This document shows, one piece after another, positions 1 through 16,200 of a stretch of 64,000 nucleotides of DNA (positions are counted from its first letter, which is position 1; every line of letters starts with the position of its first letter). The position numbers were made by a program, and so were the translations under genes. The notes below the pieces were generated by a model. It worked only from the letters and a program-made list of their open reading frames with translations. It was not told the DNA's origin and did no database searches. The stretch comes from the human T2T-CHM13v2.0 reference genome, Homo sapiens, in the NCBI RefSeq assembly GCF_009914755.1, contig NC_060925.1. One strand, written 5' to 3'.

Positions 1-1279
1 GTCTAGAATGGAATCATCTTCAAATGGAATGGAATGGAATCATCGCATAGAATCGAATGGAAGTATCATCGAATGGAATCGAATGGAATCAACATCAAAC
101 GGAAAAAAACGGAATTATCGAATGGAATCGAAGAGAATCTTCGAACGGACCCGAATGGAATCATCTAATGGAATGGAATGGAATAATCCATGGACTCGAA
201 TGCAATCATCATCGAATGGAATCGAATGGAATCATCGAATGGACTCGAATGGAATAATCATTGAACGGAATCTAATGGATTCATCATCGGATGGAAATGA
301 ATGGAATCATCATCGAATGGAATCGAATAGAATTATGGAATGAAATCCAGTGTGATCATCATCGAATGAACCCGAATGGAATCATCATCCAACGGAAGCT
401 AATGGAATCAACATCGAATGAATCGAATGGAAACACCATCGAATTGAAACGAATGGAATTATCTTGAAATTGAAATGGATGGACTCATCATCGAATGGAT
501 TCGAATGGAATCATCGAATAAAATTGATTGAAATCATCATCCAATGGAATCGAATGGTATCATTGAATGGAATCGAATGGAATCATCATCAGATGGAAAT
601 GAATGGAATCGTCATAGAATGGAATCGAATGGATTCATTGAATGGAATCAGATGGAATCATCGAATGGACTGGAATGGAATCATTGAATGGACTCGAAAG
701 GGATCATGATTGAATGGAATTGAATGGAATCATCGAATGGTCTCGATTGGAATCATTATCAAATGGAATCGAATGGAATCACCGAATAGAATCGAATGGA
801 ACAATCATCGAATGGACTCAAATGGAATTATCCTCCAATGGAATCGAATGGAATTATCGAATGCAATCGAATGGAATTATCGAATGCAATCGAATAGAAT
901 CATCGAATGGACTCGAATGGAATCATCGAATGGAATGGAATGGAACAGTCAATGAACTCGAATGGAATCATCATTGAATGGAATCGAATGGAATCATTGA
1001 GTGGAATCGAATGGAATTATGATCAAATGGAATCGAATATAATCATCATCAAATGGAATCAAAAATAACCATCATCAATTGGTATTGAATGGAATTCTCA
1101 TCAAATGGAATTCAAAGGAATCATCATCAAATGGAACTGAATGGAATCCTCATTGAATGGAAATGAAAGGGTCATCATCTAATGGAATCGCATGGAAGCA
1201 TCATCAAATGGAATCTGATGGAATCATTGAACAGAATTGAATGGAATCGTCATCGAATGAATTGAATGCAATCATCGAA

Positions 1280-1575
1280 TGGTCTCGAATATAATCACAT
1301 TCTAATGGAAAGGAATGGAATCATCGCATAGAATCGAATGGAATTAACATTGAATGGACTCGAATGGAATCAACATCAAACGGAATCAAGCGGAATTATC
1401 GAATGGAATCGAAGAGAATCATCGAATGGTCTCGAATGGAATCATCTTCTAATGGAAAGGAATGGAATCATCGCATAGAATCGAATGGAATTAACATTGA
1501 ATGGACTCGAATGGAATCAACATCAAATGGAATCAAGCGGAATTATCGAATGAAATCGAAGAGAATCATCGAATG
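1280..1575 (+). repeat. 147-bp tandem duplication in the variant A' subunit (also at ~4969, ~10199, ~14364)
   Basis: 'tggtctcgaat...ggaaaggaatgg...gaattaacattg...atcaagcgg...gaagagaatc' occurs twice, 147 bp apart. It appears as a 49-aa repeat in ORFs 1364, 5053, 10282 and 14448. Confidence 0.88.
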
Positions 1576-3849
1576 GACTCGAATGGAATCATCTAATGGA
1601 ATGGAATGGAATAATCCACGGACTCGAATGCAATCATCATCGTATAGAATCGAATGGAATCATCGAATGGACTCGAATGGAATAACCATTGAACGGAATC
1701 GAATGGAATCATCATCGGATGGAAACGAATGGAATCATCATCGAATGGAAATGAAAGGAGTCATCATCTAATGGAATTGCATGGAATCATCATAAAATGG
1801 AATCGAATGGAATCAACATCAAATGGAATCAAATGGAATCATTGAACGGAATTGAATGGAATCGTCATCGAATGAATTGACTGCAATCATCGAATGGTCT
1901 CGAATGGAATCATCTTCAAATGGAATGGAATGGAATCATCGCATAGAATCGAATGGAATTATCATCGAATGGAATCGAATGGAATCAACATCAAACGGAA
2001 AAAAACGGAATTATCAAATGGAATCGAAGAGAATCATCGAATGGACCCGAATGGAATCATCTAATGGAATGGAATGGAATAATCCATGGACTCGAATGCA
2101 ATCATCATCGAATGGAATCGAATGGAATCATCGAATGGACTTGAATGGAATAATCATTGAACGGAATCGAATGGAATCATCATCGGATGGAAATGAATGG
2201 AATCATCATCGAATGGAATCGAATAGAATTATGGAATGAAATCCAGTGTGATCATCATCGAATGGACCCGAATGGAATCATCATCCAACGGAAGCTAATG
2301 GAATCAACATCGAATGAATCAAATGGAAACACCATCGAATTGAAACGAATGGAATTATCATGAAATTGAAATGGATGGACTCATCATCGAATGGATTCGA
2401 ATGGAATCATCGAATAAAATTGATTGAAATCATCATCGAATGGAATCGAATGGTATCATTGAATGGAATCGAATGGAATCATCATCAGATGGAAATGAAT
2501 GGAATCGTCATAGAATGGAATCGAATGGATTCATTGAATGGAATCAGATGGAATCATCGAATGGACTGGAATGGAATCATTGAATGGACTCGAAAGGGAT
2601 CATGATTGAATGGAATTGAATGGAATCATCGAATGGTCTCGATTGGAATCATTATCAAATGGAATCGAATGGAATCACCGAATAGAATCGAATGGAACAA
2701 TCATCGAATGGACTCAAATGGAATTATCCTCAAATGGAATCGAATGGAATTATCAAATGCAATCGAATGGAATTGTCGAATGCAATCGAATAGAATCATC
2801 GAATGGACTCGAATGGAATCATCGAATGGAATGGAATGGAACAGTCAATGAACTCGAATGGAATCATCATTGAATGGAATCGAATGGAATCATCGAGTGG
2901 AATCGAATGGAATTATGATCAAATGGAATCGAATGTAATCATCATCAAATGGAATCAAAAATAACCATCATCAATTGGTATTGAATGGAATTGTCATCAA
3001 ATGGAATTCAAAGGAATCATCATCAAATGGAACCGAATGGAATCCTCATTGAATGGAAATGAAAGGGGTCATCATCTAATGGAATCGCATGGAATCATCA
3101 TCAAATGGAATCGAATGGAATCATCATCAAATGGAATCTAATGGAATCATTGAACAGAATTGAATGGAATCGTCATCGAATGAATTGAATGCAATCATCG
3201 AATGGTCTCGAATGGAATCATCTTCTAATGGAAAGGAATGGAATCATCGCATAGAATCGAATGGAATTATCATCGAATGGAATCGAATGGTATCAACACC
3301 AAACGGAAAAAAACGGAATTATCGAATGGAATCGAAGAGAATCTTCGAACGGACCCGAATGGAATCATCTAATGGAATGGAATGGAATAATCCATGGACT
3401 CGAATGCAATCATCATCGAATGGAATGGAATGGAATCATCGAATGGACTCGAATGGAATAATCATTGAACGGAATCGAATGGAATCATCATCGGATGGAA
3501 ACGAATGGAATCATCATCGAATGGAAATGAAAGGAGTCATCATCTAATGGAATTGCATGGAATCATCATAAAATGGAATCGAATGGAATCAACATAAAAT
3601 GGAATCAAATGGAATCATTGAACGGAATTGAATGGAATCGTCATCGAATGAATTGAATGCAATCATCGAATGGTCTAGAATGGAATCATCTTCAAATGGA
3701 ATGGAATGGAATCATCGCATAGAATCGAATGCAATTATCATCGAATGGAATCAACATCAAACGGAAAAAAACGGAATTATCAAATGGAATCGAAGAGAAT
3801 CATCGAATGGACCCGAATGGAATCATCTAATGGAATGGAATGGAATAAT

Positions 3850-6800
3850 CCATGGACTCGAATGCAATCATCATCGAATGGAATCGAATGGAATCATCGA
3901 ATGGACTTGAATGGAATAATCATTGAACGGAATCGAATGGAATCATCATCGGATGGAAATGAATGGAATCATGATCGAATGGAATCGAATAGAATTATGG
4001 AATGAAATCCAGTGTGATCATCATCGAATGAACCCGAATGGAATCATCATCCAACGGAAGCTAATGGAATCAACATCGAATGAATCGAATGGAAACACCA
4101 TCGAATTGAAACGAATGGAATTATCTTGAAATTGTAATGGATGGACTCATCATCGAATGGATTCGAATGGAATCATCGAATAAAATTGATTGAAATCATC
4201 ATCCAATGGAATCGAATGGTATCATTGAATGGAATCGAATGGAATCATCATCAGATGGAAATGAATGGAATCGTCATAGAATGGAATCGAATGGATTCAT
4301 TGAATGGAATCAGATGGAATCATCGAATGGACTGGAATGGAATCATTGAATGGACTCAAAAGGGATCATGATTGAATGGAATTGAATGGAATCATCGAAT
4401 GGTCTCGATTGGAATCATTATCAAATGGAATCGAATGGAATCACCGAATAGAATCGAATGGAACAATCATCGAATGGACTCAAATGGAATTATCCTCCAA
4501 TGGAATCGAATGGAATTATCGAATGCAATCGAATGGAATTATCGAATGCAATCGAATAGAATCATCGAATGGACTCGAATGGAATCATCGAATGGAATGG
4601 AATGGAACAGTCAATGAACTCGAATGGAATCATCATTGAATGGAATCGAATGGAATCATCGAGTGGAATCGAATGGAATTATGATCAAATGGAATCGAAT
4701 ATAATCATCATCAAATGGAATCAGAAATAACCATCATCAATTGGTATTGAATGGAATTCTCATCAAATGGAATTCAAAGGAATCATCATCAAATGGAACT
4801 GAATGGAATCCTCATTGAATGGAAATGAAAGGGGTCATCATCTAATGGAATCGCATGGAATCATCATCAAATGGAATCGAATGGAATCATCATCAAATGG
4901 AATCTGATGGAATCATTGAACAGAATTGAATGGAATCGTCATCGAATGAATTGAATGCAATCATCGAATGGTCTCGAATGTAATCACATTCTAATGGAAA
5001 GGAATGGAATCATCGCATAGAATCGAATGGAATTAACATTGAATGGACTCGAATGGAATCAACATCAAACGGAATCAAGCGGAATTATCGAATGGAATCG
5101 AAGAGAATCATCGAATGGTCTCGAATGGAATCATCTTCTAATGGAAAGGAATGGAATCATCGCATAGAATCGAATAGAATTAACATTGAATGGACTCGAA
5201 TGGAATCATCATCAAATGGAATCAAGCGGAATTATCGAATGAAATCGAAGAGAATCATCGAATGGACTCGAATGGAATCATCTAATGGAATGGAATGGAA
5301 TAATCCACGGACTCGAATGCAATCATCATCGTATAGAATCGAATGGAATCATCGAATGGACTCGAATGGAATAACCATTGAACGGAATCGAATGGAATCA
5401 TCATCGGATGGAAACGAATGGAATCATCATCGAATGGAAATGTAAGGAGTCATCATCTAATGGAATTGCATGGAATCATCATAAAATGGAATCGAATGGA
5501 ATCATCATCAAATGGAATCTAATGGAATCATTGAACAGAATTGAATGGAATCGTCATCGAATGAATTGAATGCAATCATCGAATGGTCTCGAATGGAATC
5601 ATCTTCTAATGGAAAGGAATGGAATCATCGCATGGAATCGAATGGAATTATCATCGAATGGAATCGAATGGTATCAACACCAAACGGAAAAAAACGGAAT
5701 TATCGAATGGAATCGAAGAGAATCTTCGAACGGACCCGAATGGAATCATCTAATGGAATGGAATGGAATAATCCATGGACTCGAATGCAATCATCATCGA
5801 ATGGAATCGAATGGAATCATCGAATGGACTCGAATGGAATAATCATTGAACGGAATCGAATGGAATCATCATCGGATGGAAACGAATGGAATCATCATCG
5901 AATGGAAATGAAAGGAGTCATCATCTAATGGAATTGCATGGAATCATCATAAAATGGAATCGAATGGAATCAACATCAAATAGAATCAAATGGAATCATT
6001 GAACGGAATTGAATGGAATCGTCATCGAATGAATTGACTGCAATCATCCAATGGTCTCGAATGGAATCATCTTCAAATGGAATGGAATGGAATCATCGCA
6101 TAGAATCGAATGGAATTATCATCGAATGGAATCGAATGGAATCAACATCAAACGGAAAAAAACGGAATTATCGACTGGAATCGAAGAGAATCATCGAATG
6201 GACCCGAATGGAATCATCTAATGGAATGGAATGGAATAATCCATGGACTCGAATGCAATCATCATCGAATGGAATCGAATGGAATCATCGAATGGACTCG
6301 AATGGAATAATCATTGAACGGAATCGAATGAAATCATCATCGGATGGAAATGAATGGAATCATCATCGAATGGAATCGAATAGAATTATGGAATGAAACC
6401 CAGTGTGATCATCATCGAATGGACCCGAATGGAATCATCATCCAACGGAAGCTAATGGAATCAACATCGAATGAATCGAATGGAAACACCATCGAATTGA
6501 AACGAATGGAATTATCATGAAATTGAAATGGATGGACTCATCATCGAATGGATTCGAATGGAATCATCGAATAAAATTGATTGAAATCATCATCCAATGG
6601 AATCGAATGGTATCATTGAATGGAATCGAATGGAATCATCATCAGATGGAAATGAATGGAATCGTCATAGAATGGAATCGAATGGATTCATTGAATGGAA
6701 TCAGATGGAATCATCGAATGGACTGGAATGGAATCATTGAATGGACTCGAAAGGGATCATTATTGAATGGAATTGAATGGAATCATCGAATGGTCTCGAT

Positions 6801-7100
6801 TCAATCATTATCAAATGGAATCGAATGGAATCACCGAATAGAATCGAATGGAACAATCATCGAATGGACTCAAATGGAATTATCCTCCAATGGAATCGAA
6901 TGGAATTATCGAATGCAATCGAATGGAATTATCGAATGCAATCGAATAGAATCATCGAATGGACTCGAATGGAATCATCGAATGGAATGGAATGGAACAG
7001 TCAATGAACTCGAATGGAATCATCATTGAATGGAATCGAATGGAATCATCGAGTGGAATCGAATGGAATTATGATCAAATGGAATCGAATGTAATCATCA
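3850..7100 (+). repeat. ~3.2-kb block duplicated at ~13245-16495 (offset 9395 bp), copy 1
   Basis: Rare variants are shared at a constant 9395-bp offset: catgatcg, aattgtaatgg, tcagaaataa, gaaatgtaagg, cgactggaa, gaaacccag and gattcaatc. Both copies include the same 2391-bp unit. Confidence 0.88.
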
Positions 7101-10100
7101 TCAAATGGAATTAAAAATAACCATCATCAATAGGTATTGAATGGAATTGTCATCAAATGGAATTCAAAGGAATCATCATCAAATGGAACCGAATGGAATC
7201 CTCATTGAATGGAAATGAAAGGGGTCATCATCTAATGGAATCGCATGGAATCATCATCAAATGGAATCGAATGGAATCATCATCAAATGGAATCTAATGG
7301 AATCATTGAACAGAATTGAATGGAATCGTCATCGAATGAATTGAATGCAATCATCGAATGGTCTCGAATGGAATCATCTTCTAATGGAAAGGAATGGAAT
7401 CATCGCATAGAATCGAATGGAATTAACATTGAATGGACTCGAATGGAATCAACATCAAATGGAATCAAGCGGAATTATCGAATGAAATCGAAGAGAATCA
7501 TCGAATGGACTCGAATGGAATCATCTAATGGAATGGAATGGAATAATCCACGGACTCGAATGCAATCATCATCGTATAGAATCGAATGGAATCATCGAAT
7601 GGACTCGAATGGAATAACCATTGAACGGAATCGAATGGAATCATCATCGGATGGAAACGAATGGAATCATCATCGAATGGAAATGAAAGGAGTCATCATC
7701 TAATGGAATTGCATGGAATCATCATAAAATGGAATCGAATGGAATCAACATCAAATGGAATCAAATGGAATCATTGAACGGAATTGAATGGAATCGTCAT
7801 CGAATGAATTGACTGCAATCATCGAATGGTCTCGAATGGAATCATCTTCAAATGGAATGGAATGGAATCATCGCATAGAATCGAATGGAATTATCATCGA
7901 ATGGAATCGAATGGAATCAACATCAAACGGAAAAAAACGGAATTATCAAATGGAATCGAAGAGAATCATCGAATGGACCCGAATGGAATCATCTAATGGA
8001 ATGGAATGGAATAATCCATGGACTCGAATGCAATCATCATCGAATGGAATCGAATGGAATCATCGAATGGACTCGAATGGAATAATCATTGAACGGAATC
8101 GAATGGAATCATCATCGGATGGAAATGAATGGAATCATCATCGAATGGAATCGAATATAATTATGGAATGAAATCCAGTGTGATCATCATCGAATGGACC
8201 CGAATGGAATCATCATCCAACGGAAGCTAATGGAATCAACATCGAATGAATCAAATGGAAACACCATCGAATTGAAACGAATGGAATTATCATGAAATTG
8301 AAATGGATGGACTCATCATCGAATGGATTCGAATGGAATCATCGAATAAAATTGATTGAAATCATCATCGAATGGAATCGAATGGTATCATTGAATGGAA
8401 TCGAATGGAATCATCATCAGATGGAAATGAATGGAATCGTCATAGAATGGAATCGAATGGATTCATTGAATGGAATCAGATGGAATCATCGAATGGACTG
8501 GAATGGAATCAATGAATGGACTCGAAAGGGATCATGATTGAATGGAATTGAATGGAATCATCGAATGGTCTCGATTGGAATCATTATCAAATGGAATCGA
8601 ATGGAATCACCGAATAGAATCGAATGGAACAATCATCGAATGGACTCAAATGGAATTATCCTCAAATGGAATCGAATGGAATTATCGAATGCAATCGAAT
8701 GGAATTATCGAATGCAATCGAATAGAATCATCGAATGGACTCGAATGGAATCATCGAATGGAATGGAATGGAACAGTCAATGAACTCGAATGGAATCATC
8801 ATTGAATGGAATCGAATGGAATCATCGAGTGGAATCGAATGGAATTATGATTAAATGCAATCGAATGTAATCCTCATCAAATGGAATCAAAAATAACCAT
8901 CATCAATTGGTATTGAATGGAATTGTCATCAAATGGAATTCAAAGGAATCATCATCAAATGGAACCGAATGGAATCCTCATTGAATGGAAATGAAAGGGG
9001 TCATCATCTAATGGAATCGCATGGAATCATCATCAAAAGGAATCGAATGGAATCATCATCAAATGGAATCTAATGGAATCATTGAACAGAATTGAATGGA
9101 ATCGTCATCGAATGAATTGAATGCAATCATCGAATGGTCTCGAATGGAATCATCTTCTAATGGAAAGGAATGGAATCATCGCATAGAATCGAATGGAATT
9201 ATCATCGAATGGAATCGAATGGTATCAACACCAAACGGAAAAAAACGGAATTATCGAATGGAATCGAAGAGAATCTTCGAACGGACCCGAATGGAATCAT
9301 CTAATGGAATGGAATGGAATAATCCATGGACTCGAATGCAATCATCATCGAATGGAATCGAATGGAATCATCGAATGGACACGAATGGAATAATCATTGA
9401 ACGGAATCGAATGGAATCATCATCGGATGGAAACGAATGGAATCATCATCGAATGGAAATGAAAGGAGTCATCATCTAATGGAATTGCATGGAATCATCA
9501 TAAAATGGAATCGAATGGAATCAACATCAAATCGAATCAAACGGAATCATTGAACAGAATTGAATGGAATCGTCATCGAATGAATTGACTGCAATCATCG
9601 AATGGTCTCGAATGGAATCATCTTCAAATGGAATGGAATGGAATCATCGCATAGAATCGAATGGAATTATCACCGAATGGAATCGAATGGAATCAACATC
9701 AAACGGAAAAAAACGGAATTATCGAATGGAATCGAAGAGAATCATCGAATGGACCCGAATGGAATCATCTAATGGAATGGAATGGAATAATCCATGGACT
9801 CGAATGCAATCATCATCGAATGGAATCGAATGGAATCATCGAATGAACTCGAATGGAATCATCATTGAATGGAATCGAATGGAATCATCGAGTGGAATCG
9901 AATGGAATTATGATCAAATGGAATCGAATGTAATCATCATCAAATGGAATCAAAAATAACCATCATCAATTGGTATTGAATGGAATTGTCATCAAATGGA
10001 ATTCAAAGGAATCATCATCAAATGGAACCGAATGGAATCCTCATTGAATGGAAATGAAAGGGGTCATCATCTAATGGAATCGCATGGAATCATCATCAAA

Positions 10101-13100
10101 TGGAATCGAATGGAATCATCATCAAATGGAATCTGATGGAATCATTGAACAGAATTGAATGGAATCGTCATCGAATGAATTGAATGCAATCATCGAATGG
10201 TCTCGAATATAATCACATTCTAATGGAAAGGAATGGAATCATCGCATAGAATCGAATGGAATTAACATTGAATGGACTCGAATGGAATCAACATCAAACG
10301 GAATCAAGCGGAATTATCGAATGGAATCGAAGAGAATCATCGAATGTTCTAGAATGGAATCATCTTCTAATGGAAAGGAATGGAATCATCGCATAGAATC
10401 GAATGGAATTAACATTGAATGGACTCGAATGGAATCAACATCAAATGGAATCAAGCGGAATTATCGAATGAAATCGAAGAGAATCATCGAATGGACTCGA
10501 ATGGAATCATCTAATGGAATGGAATGGAATAATCCACGGACTCGAATGCAATCATCATCGTATAGAATCGAATGGAATCATCGAATGGACTCGAATGGAA
10601 TAACCATTGAACGGAATCGAATGGAATCATCATCGGATGGAAACGAATGGAATCATCATCGAATGGAAATGAAAGGAGTCATCATCTAATGGAATTGCAT
10701 GGAATCATCATCAAATGGAATCGAATGGAATCAACATCAAATGGAATCAAATGGAATCATTGAACGGAATTGAATGGAATCGTCATCGAATGAATTGACT
10801 GCAATCATCGAATGGTCTCGAATGGAATCATCTTCAAATGGAATGGAATGGAATCATCGCATAGAATCGAATGGAATTATCATCGAATGGAATCGAATGG
10901 AATCAACATCAAACGGAAAAAAACGGAATTATCAAATGGAATCGAAGAGAATCATCGAATGGACCCGAATGGAATCATCTAATGGAATGGAATGGAATAA
11001 TCCATGGACTCGAATGCAATCATCATCGAATGGAATCGAATGGAATCATCGAATGGACTCGAATGGAATAATCATTGAACGGAATCGAATGGAATCATCA
11101 TCGGATGGAAACGAATGGAATCATCATCGAATGGAAATGAAAGGAGTCATCATCTAATGGAATTGCATGGAATCATCATAAAATGGAATCGAATGGAATC
11201 AACATCAAATGGAATCAAATGGAATCATTGAACGGAATTGAATGGAATCGTCATCGAATGAATTGAATGCAATCATCGAATGGTCTCGAATGGAATCATC
11301 TTCTAATGGAAAGGAATGGAATCATCGCATAGAATCGAATGGAATTATCATCGAATGGAATCGAATGGTATCAACACCAAACGGAAAAAAACGGAATTAT
11401 CGAATGGAATCGAAGAGAATCTTCGAACGGACCCGAATGGAATCATCTAATGGAATGGAATGGAATAATCCATGGACTCGAATGCAATCATCATCGAATG
11501 GAAACGAATGGAATCATCGAATGGACTCGAATGGAATAATCATTGAACGGAATCGATTGGAATCATCATCGGATGGAAACAAATGGAATCATCATCGAAT
11601 GGAAATGAAAGGAGTCATCATCTAATGGAATTGCATGGAATCATCATAAAATGGAATCGAATGGAATCAACATCAAATGGAATCAAATGGAATCATTGAA
11701 CGGAATTGAATGGAATCTTCATCGAATGAATTGAATGCAATCATCGAATGGTCTCGAATGGAATCATCTTCAAATGGAATGGAATGGAATCATCGCATAG
11801 AATCGAATGGAATTATCATCGAATGGAATCGAATGGAATCAACATCAAACGGAAAAAAACGGAATTATCGAATGGAATCGAAGAGAATCATCGAACGGAC
11901 CCGAATGGAATCATCTAATGGAATGGAATGGAATAATCCATGGACTCGAATGCAATCATCATCCAATGGAATCGAATGGAATCATCGAATGGACTCGAAT
12001 GGAATAATCATTGAACGGAATCGAATGGAATCATCATCGGATGGAAATGAATGGAATCATCATCGAATGGAATCGAATATAATTATGGAATGAAATCCAG
12101 TGTGATCATCATCGAATGGACCCGAATGGAATCATCATCCAACGGAAGCTAATGGAATCAACATCGAATGAATCGAATGGAAACACCATCGAATTGAAAC
12201 GAATGGAATTATCATGAAATTGAAATGGATGGACTCATCATCGAATGGATTCGAATGGAATCATCGAATAAAATTGATTGAAATCATCATCCAATGGAAT
12301 CGAATGGTATCATTGAATGGAATCGAATGGAATCATCATCAGATGGAAATGAATGGAATCGTCATAGAATGGAATCGAATGGATTCATTGAATGGAATCA
12401 GATGGAATCATCGAATGGACTGGAATGGAATCATTGAATGGACTCGAAAGGGATCATGATTGAATGGAATTGAATGGAATCATCGAATGGTCTCGATTGG
12501 AATCATTATCAAATGGAATCGAATGGAATCACCGAATAGAATCGAATGGAACAATCATCGAATGGACTCAAATGGAATTATCCTCAAATGGAATCGAATG
12601 GAATTATCAAATGCAATCGAAAGAATTATCGAATGCAATCGAATAGAATCATCGAATGGACTCGAATGGAATCATCGAATGGAATGGAATGGAACAGTCA
12701 ATGAACTCGAATGGAATCATCATTGAATGGAATCGAATGGAATCATCGAGTGGAATCGAATGGAATTATGATCAAATGGAATCGAATGTTATCATCATCA
12801 AATGGAATCAAAAATAACCATCATCAATTGGTATTGAATGGAATTGTCATCAAATGGAATTCAAAGGAATCATCATCAAATGGAACCGAATGGAATCCTC
12901 ATTGAATGGAAATGAAAGGGGTCATCATCTAATGGAATCGCATGGAATCATCATCAAATGGAATCGAATGGAATCATCATCAAATGGAATCTAATGGAAT
13001 CATTGAACAGAATTGAATGGAATCGTCATCGAATGAATTGAATGCAATCATCGAATGGTCTCGAATGGAATCATCATCTAATGGAAAGCAATGGAATCAT

Positions 13101-13244
13101 CGCATAGAATCGAATGGAATTATCATCGAATGGAATCGAATGGTATCAACACCAAACGGAAAAAAACGGAATTATCGAATGGAATCGAAGAGAATCTTCG
13201 AACGGACCCGAATGGAATCATCTAATGGAATGGAATGGAATAAT

Positions 13245-16200
13245 CCATGGACTCGAATGCAATCATCATCGAATGGAATCGAATGGAATCATCGAATGGA
13301 CTTGAATGGAATAATCATTGAACGGAATCGAATGGAATCATCATCGGATGGAAATGAATGGAATCATGATCGAATGGAATCGAATAGAATTATGGAATGA
13401 AATCCAGTGTGATCATCATCGAATGAACCCGAATGGAATCATCATCCAACGGAAGCTAATGGAATCAACATCGAATGAATCGAATGGAAACACCATCGAA
13501 TTGAAACGAATGGAATTATCTTGAAATTGTAATGGATGGACTCATCATCGAATGGATTCGAATGGAATCATCGAATAAAATTGATTGAAATCATCATCCA
13601 ATGGACTCGAATGGTATCATTGAATGGAATCGAATGGAATCATCATCAGATGGAAATGAATGGAATCGTCATAGAATGGAATCGAATGGATTCATTGAAT
13701 GGAATCAGATGGAATCATCGAATGGACTGGAATGGAATCATTGAATGGACTCAAAAGGGATCATGATTGAATGGAATTGAATGGAATCATCGAATGGTCT
13801 CGATTGGAATCATTATCAAATGGAATCGAATGGAATCACCGAATAGAATCGAATGGAACAATCATCGAATGGACTCAAATGGAATTATCCTCCAATGGAA
13901 TCGAATGGAATTATCGAATGCAATCGAATGGAATTATCGAATGCAATCGAATAGAATCATCGAATGGACTCGAATGGAATCATCGAATGGAATGGAATGG
14001 AACAGTCAATGAACTCGAATGGAATCATCATTGAATGGAATCGAATGGAATCATCGAGTGGAATCGAATGGAATTATGATCAAATGGAATCGAATATAAT
14101 CATCATCAAATGGAATCAGAAATAACCATCATCAATTGGTATTGAATGGAATTCTCATCAAATGGAATTCAAAGGAATCATCATCAAATGGAACTGAATG
14201 GAATCCTCATTGAATGGAAATGAAAGGGGTCATCATCTAATGGAATCGCATGGAATCATCATCAAATGGAATCGAATGGAATCATCATCAAATGGAATCT
14301 GATGGAATCATTGAACAGAATTGAATGGAATCGTCATCGAATGAATTGAATGCAATCATCGAATGGTCTCGAATGTAATCACATTCTAATGGAAAGGAAT
14401 GGAATCATCGCATAGAATCGAATGGAATTAACATTGAATGGACTCGAATGGAATCAACATCAAACGGAATCAAGCGGAATTATCGAATGGAATCGAAGAG
14501 AATCATCGAATGGTCTCGAATGGAATCATCTTCTAATGGAAAGGAATGGAATCATCGCATAGAATCGAATAGAATTAACATTGAATGGACTCGAATGGAA
14601 TCAACATCAAATGGAATCAAGCGGATTTATCGAATGAAATCGAAGAGAATCATCGAATGGACTCGAATGGAATCATCTAATGGAATGGAATGGAATAATC
14701 CACGGACTCGAATGCAATCATCATCGTATAGAATCGAATGGAATCATCGAATGGACTCGAATGGAATAACCATTGAACGGAATCGAATGGAATCATCATC
14801 GGATGCAAACGAATGGAATCATCATCGAATGGAAATGTAAGGAGTCATCATCTAATGGAATTGCATGGAATCATCATGAAATGGAATCGAATGGAATCAT
14901 CATCAAATGGAATCTAATGGAATCATTGAACAGAATTGAATGGAATCGTCATCGAATGAATTGAATGCAATCATCGAATGGTCTCGAATGGAATCATCTT
15001 CTAATGGAAAGGAATGGAATCATCGCATAGAATCGAATGGAATTATCATCGAATGGAATCGAATGGTATCAACACCAAACGGAAAAAAACGGAATTATCG
15101 AATGGAATCGAAGAGAATCTTCGAACGGACCCGAATGGAATCATCTAATGGAATGGAATGGAATAATCCATGGACTCGAATGCAATCATCATCGAATGGA
15201 ATCGAATGGAATCATCGAAAGGACTCGAATGGAATAATCATTGAACGGAATCGAATGGAATCATCATCGGATGGAAACGAATGGAATCATCATCGAATGG
15301 AAATGAAAGGAGTCATCATCTAATGGAATTGCATGGAATCATCATAAAATGGAATCGAATGGAATCAACATCAAATAGAATCAAATGGAATCATTGAACG
15401 GAATTGAATGGAATCGTCATCGAATGAATTGACTGCAATCATCCAATGGTCTCGAATGGAATCATCTTCAAATGGAATGGAATGGAATCATCGCATAGAA
15501 TCGAATGGAATTATCATCGAATGGAATCGAATGGAATCAACATCCAACGGAAAAAAACGGAATTATCGACTGGAATCGAAGAGAATCATCGAATGGACCC
15601 GAATGGAATCATCTAATGGAATGGAATGGAATAATCCATGGACTCGAATGCAATCATCATCGAATGGAATCGAATGGAATCATCGAATGGACTCGAATGG
15701 AATAATCATTGAACGGAATCGAATGAAATCATCATCGGATGGAAATGAATGGAATCATCATCGAATGGAATCGAATAGAATTATGGAATGAAACCCAGTG
15801 TGATCATCATCGAATGGACCCGAATGGAATCATCATCCAACGGAAGCTAATGGAATCAACATCGAATGAATCGAATGGAAACACCATCGAATTGAAACGA
15901 ATGGAATTATCATGAAATTGAAATGGATGGACTCATCATCGAATGGATTCGAATGGAATCATCGAATAAAATTGATTGAAATCATCATCCAATGGAATCG
16001 AATGGTATCATTGAATGGAATCGAATGGAATCATCATCAGATGGAAATGAATGGAATCGTCATAGAATGGAATCGAATGGATTCATTGAATGGAATCAGA
16101 TGGAATCATCGAATGGACTGGAATGGAATCATTGAATGGACTCGAAAGGGATCATTATTGAATGGAATTGAATGGAATCATCGAATGGTCTCGATTCAAT

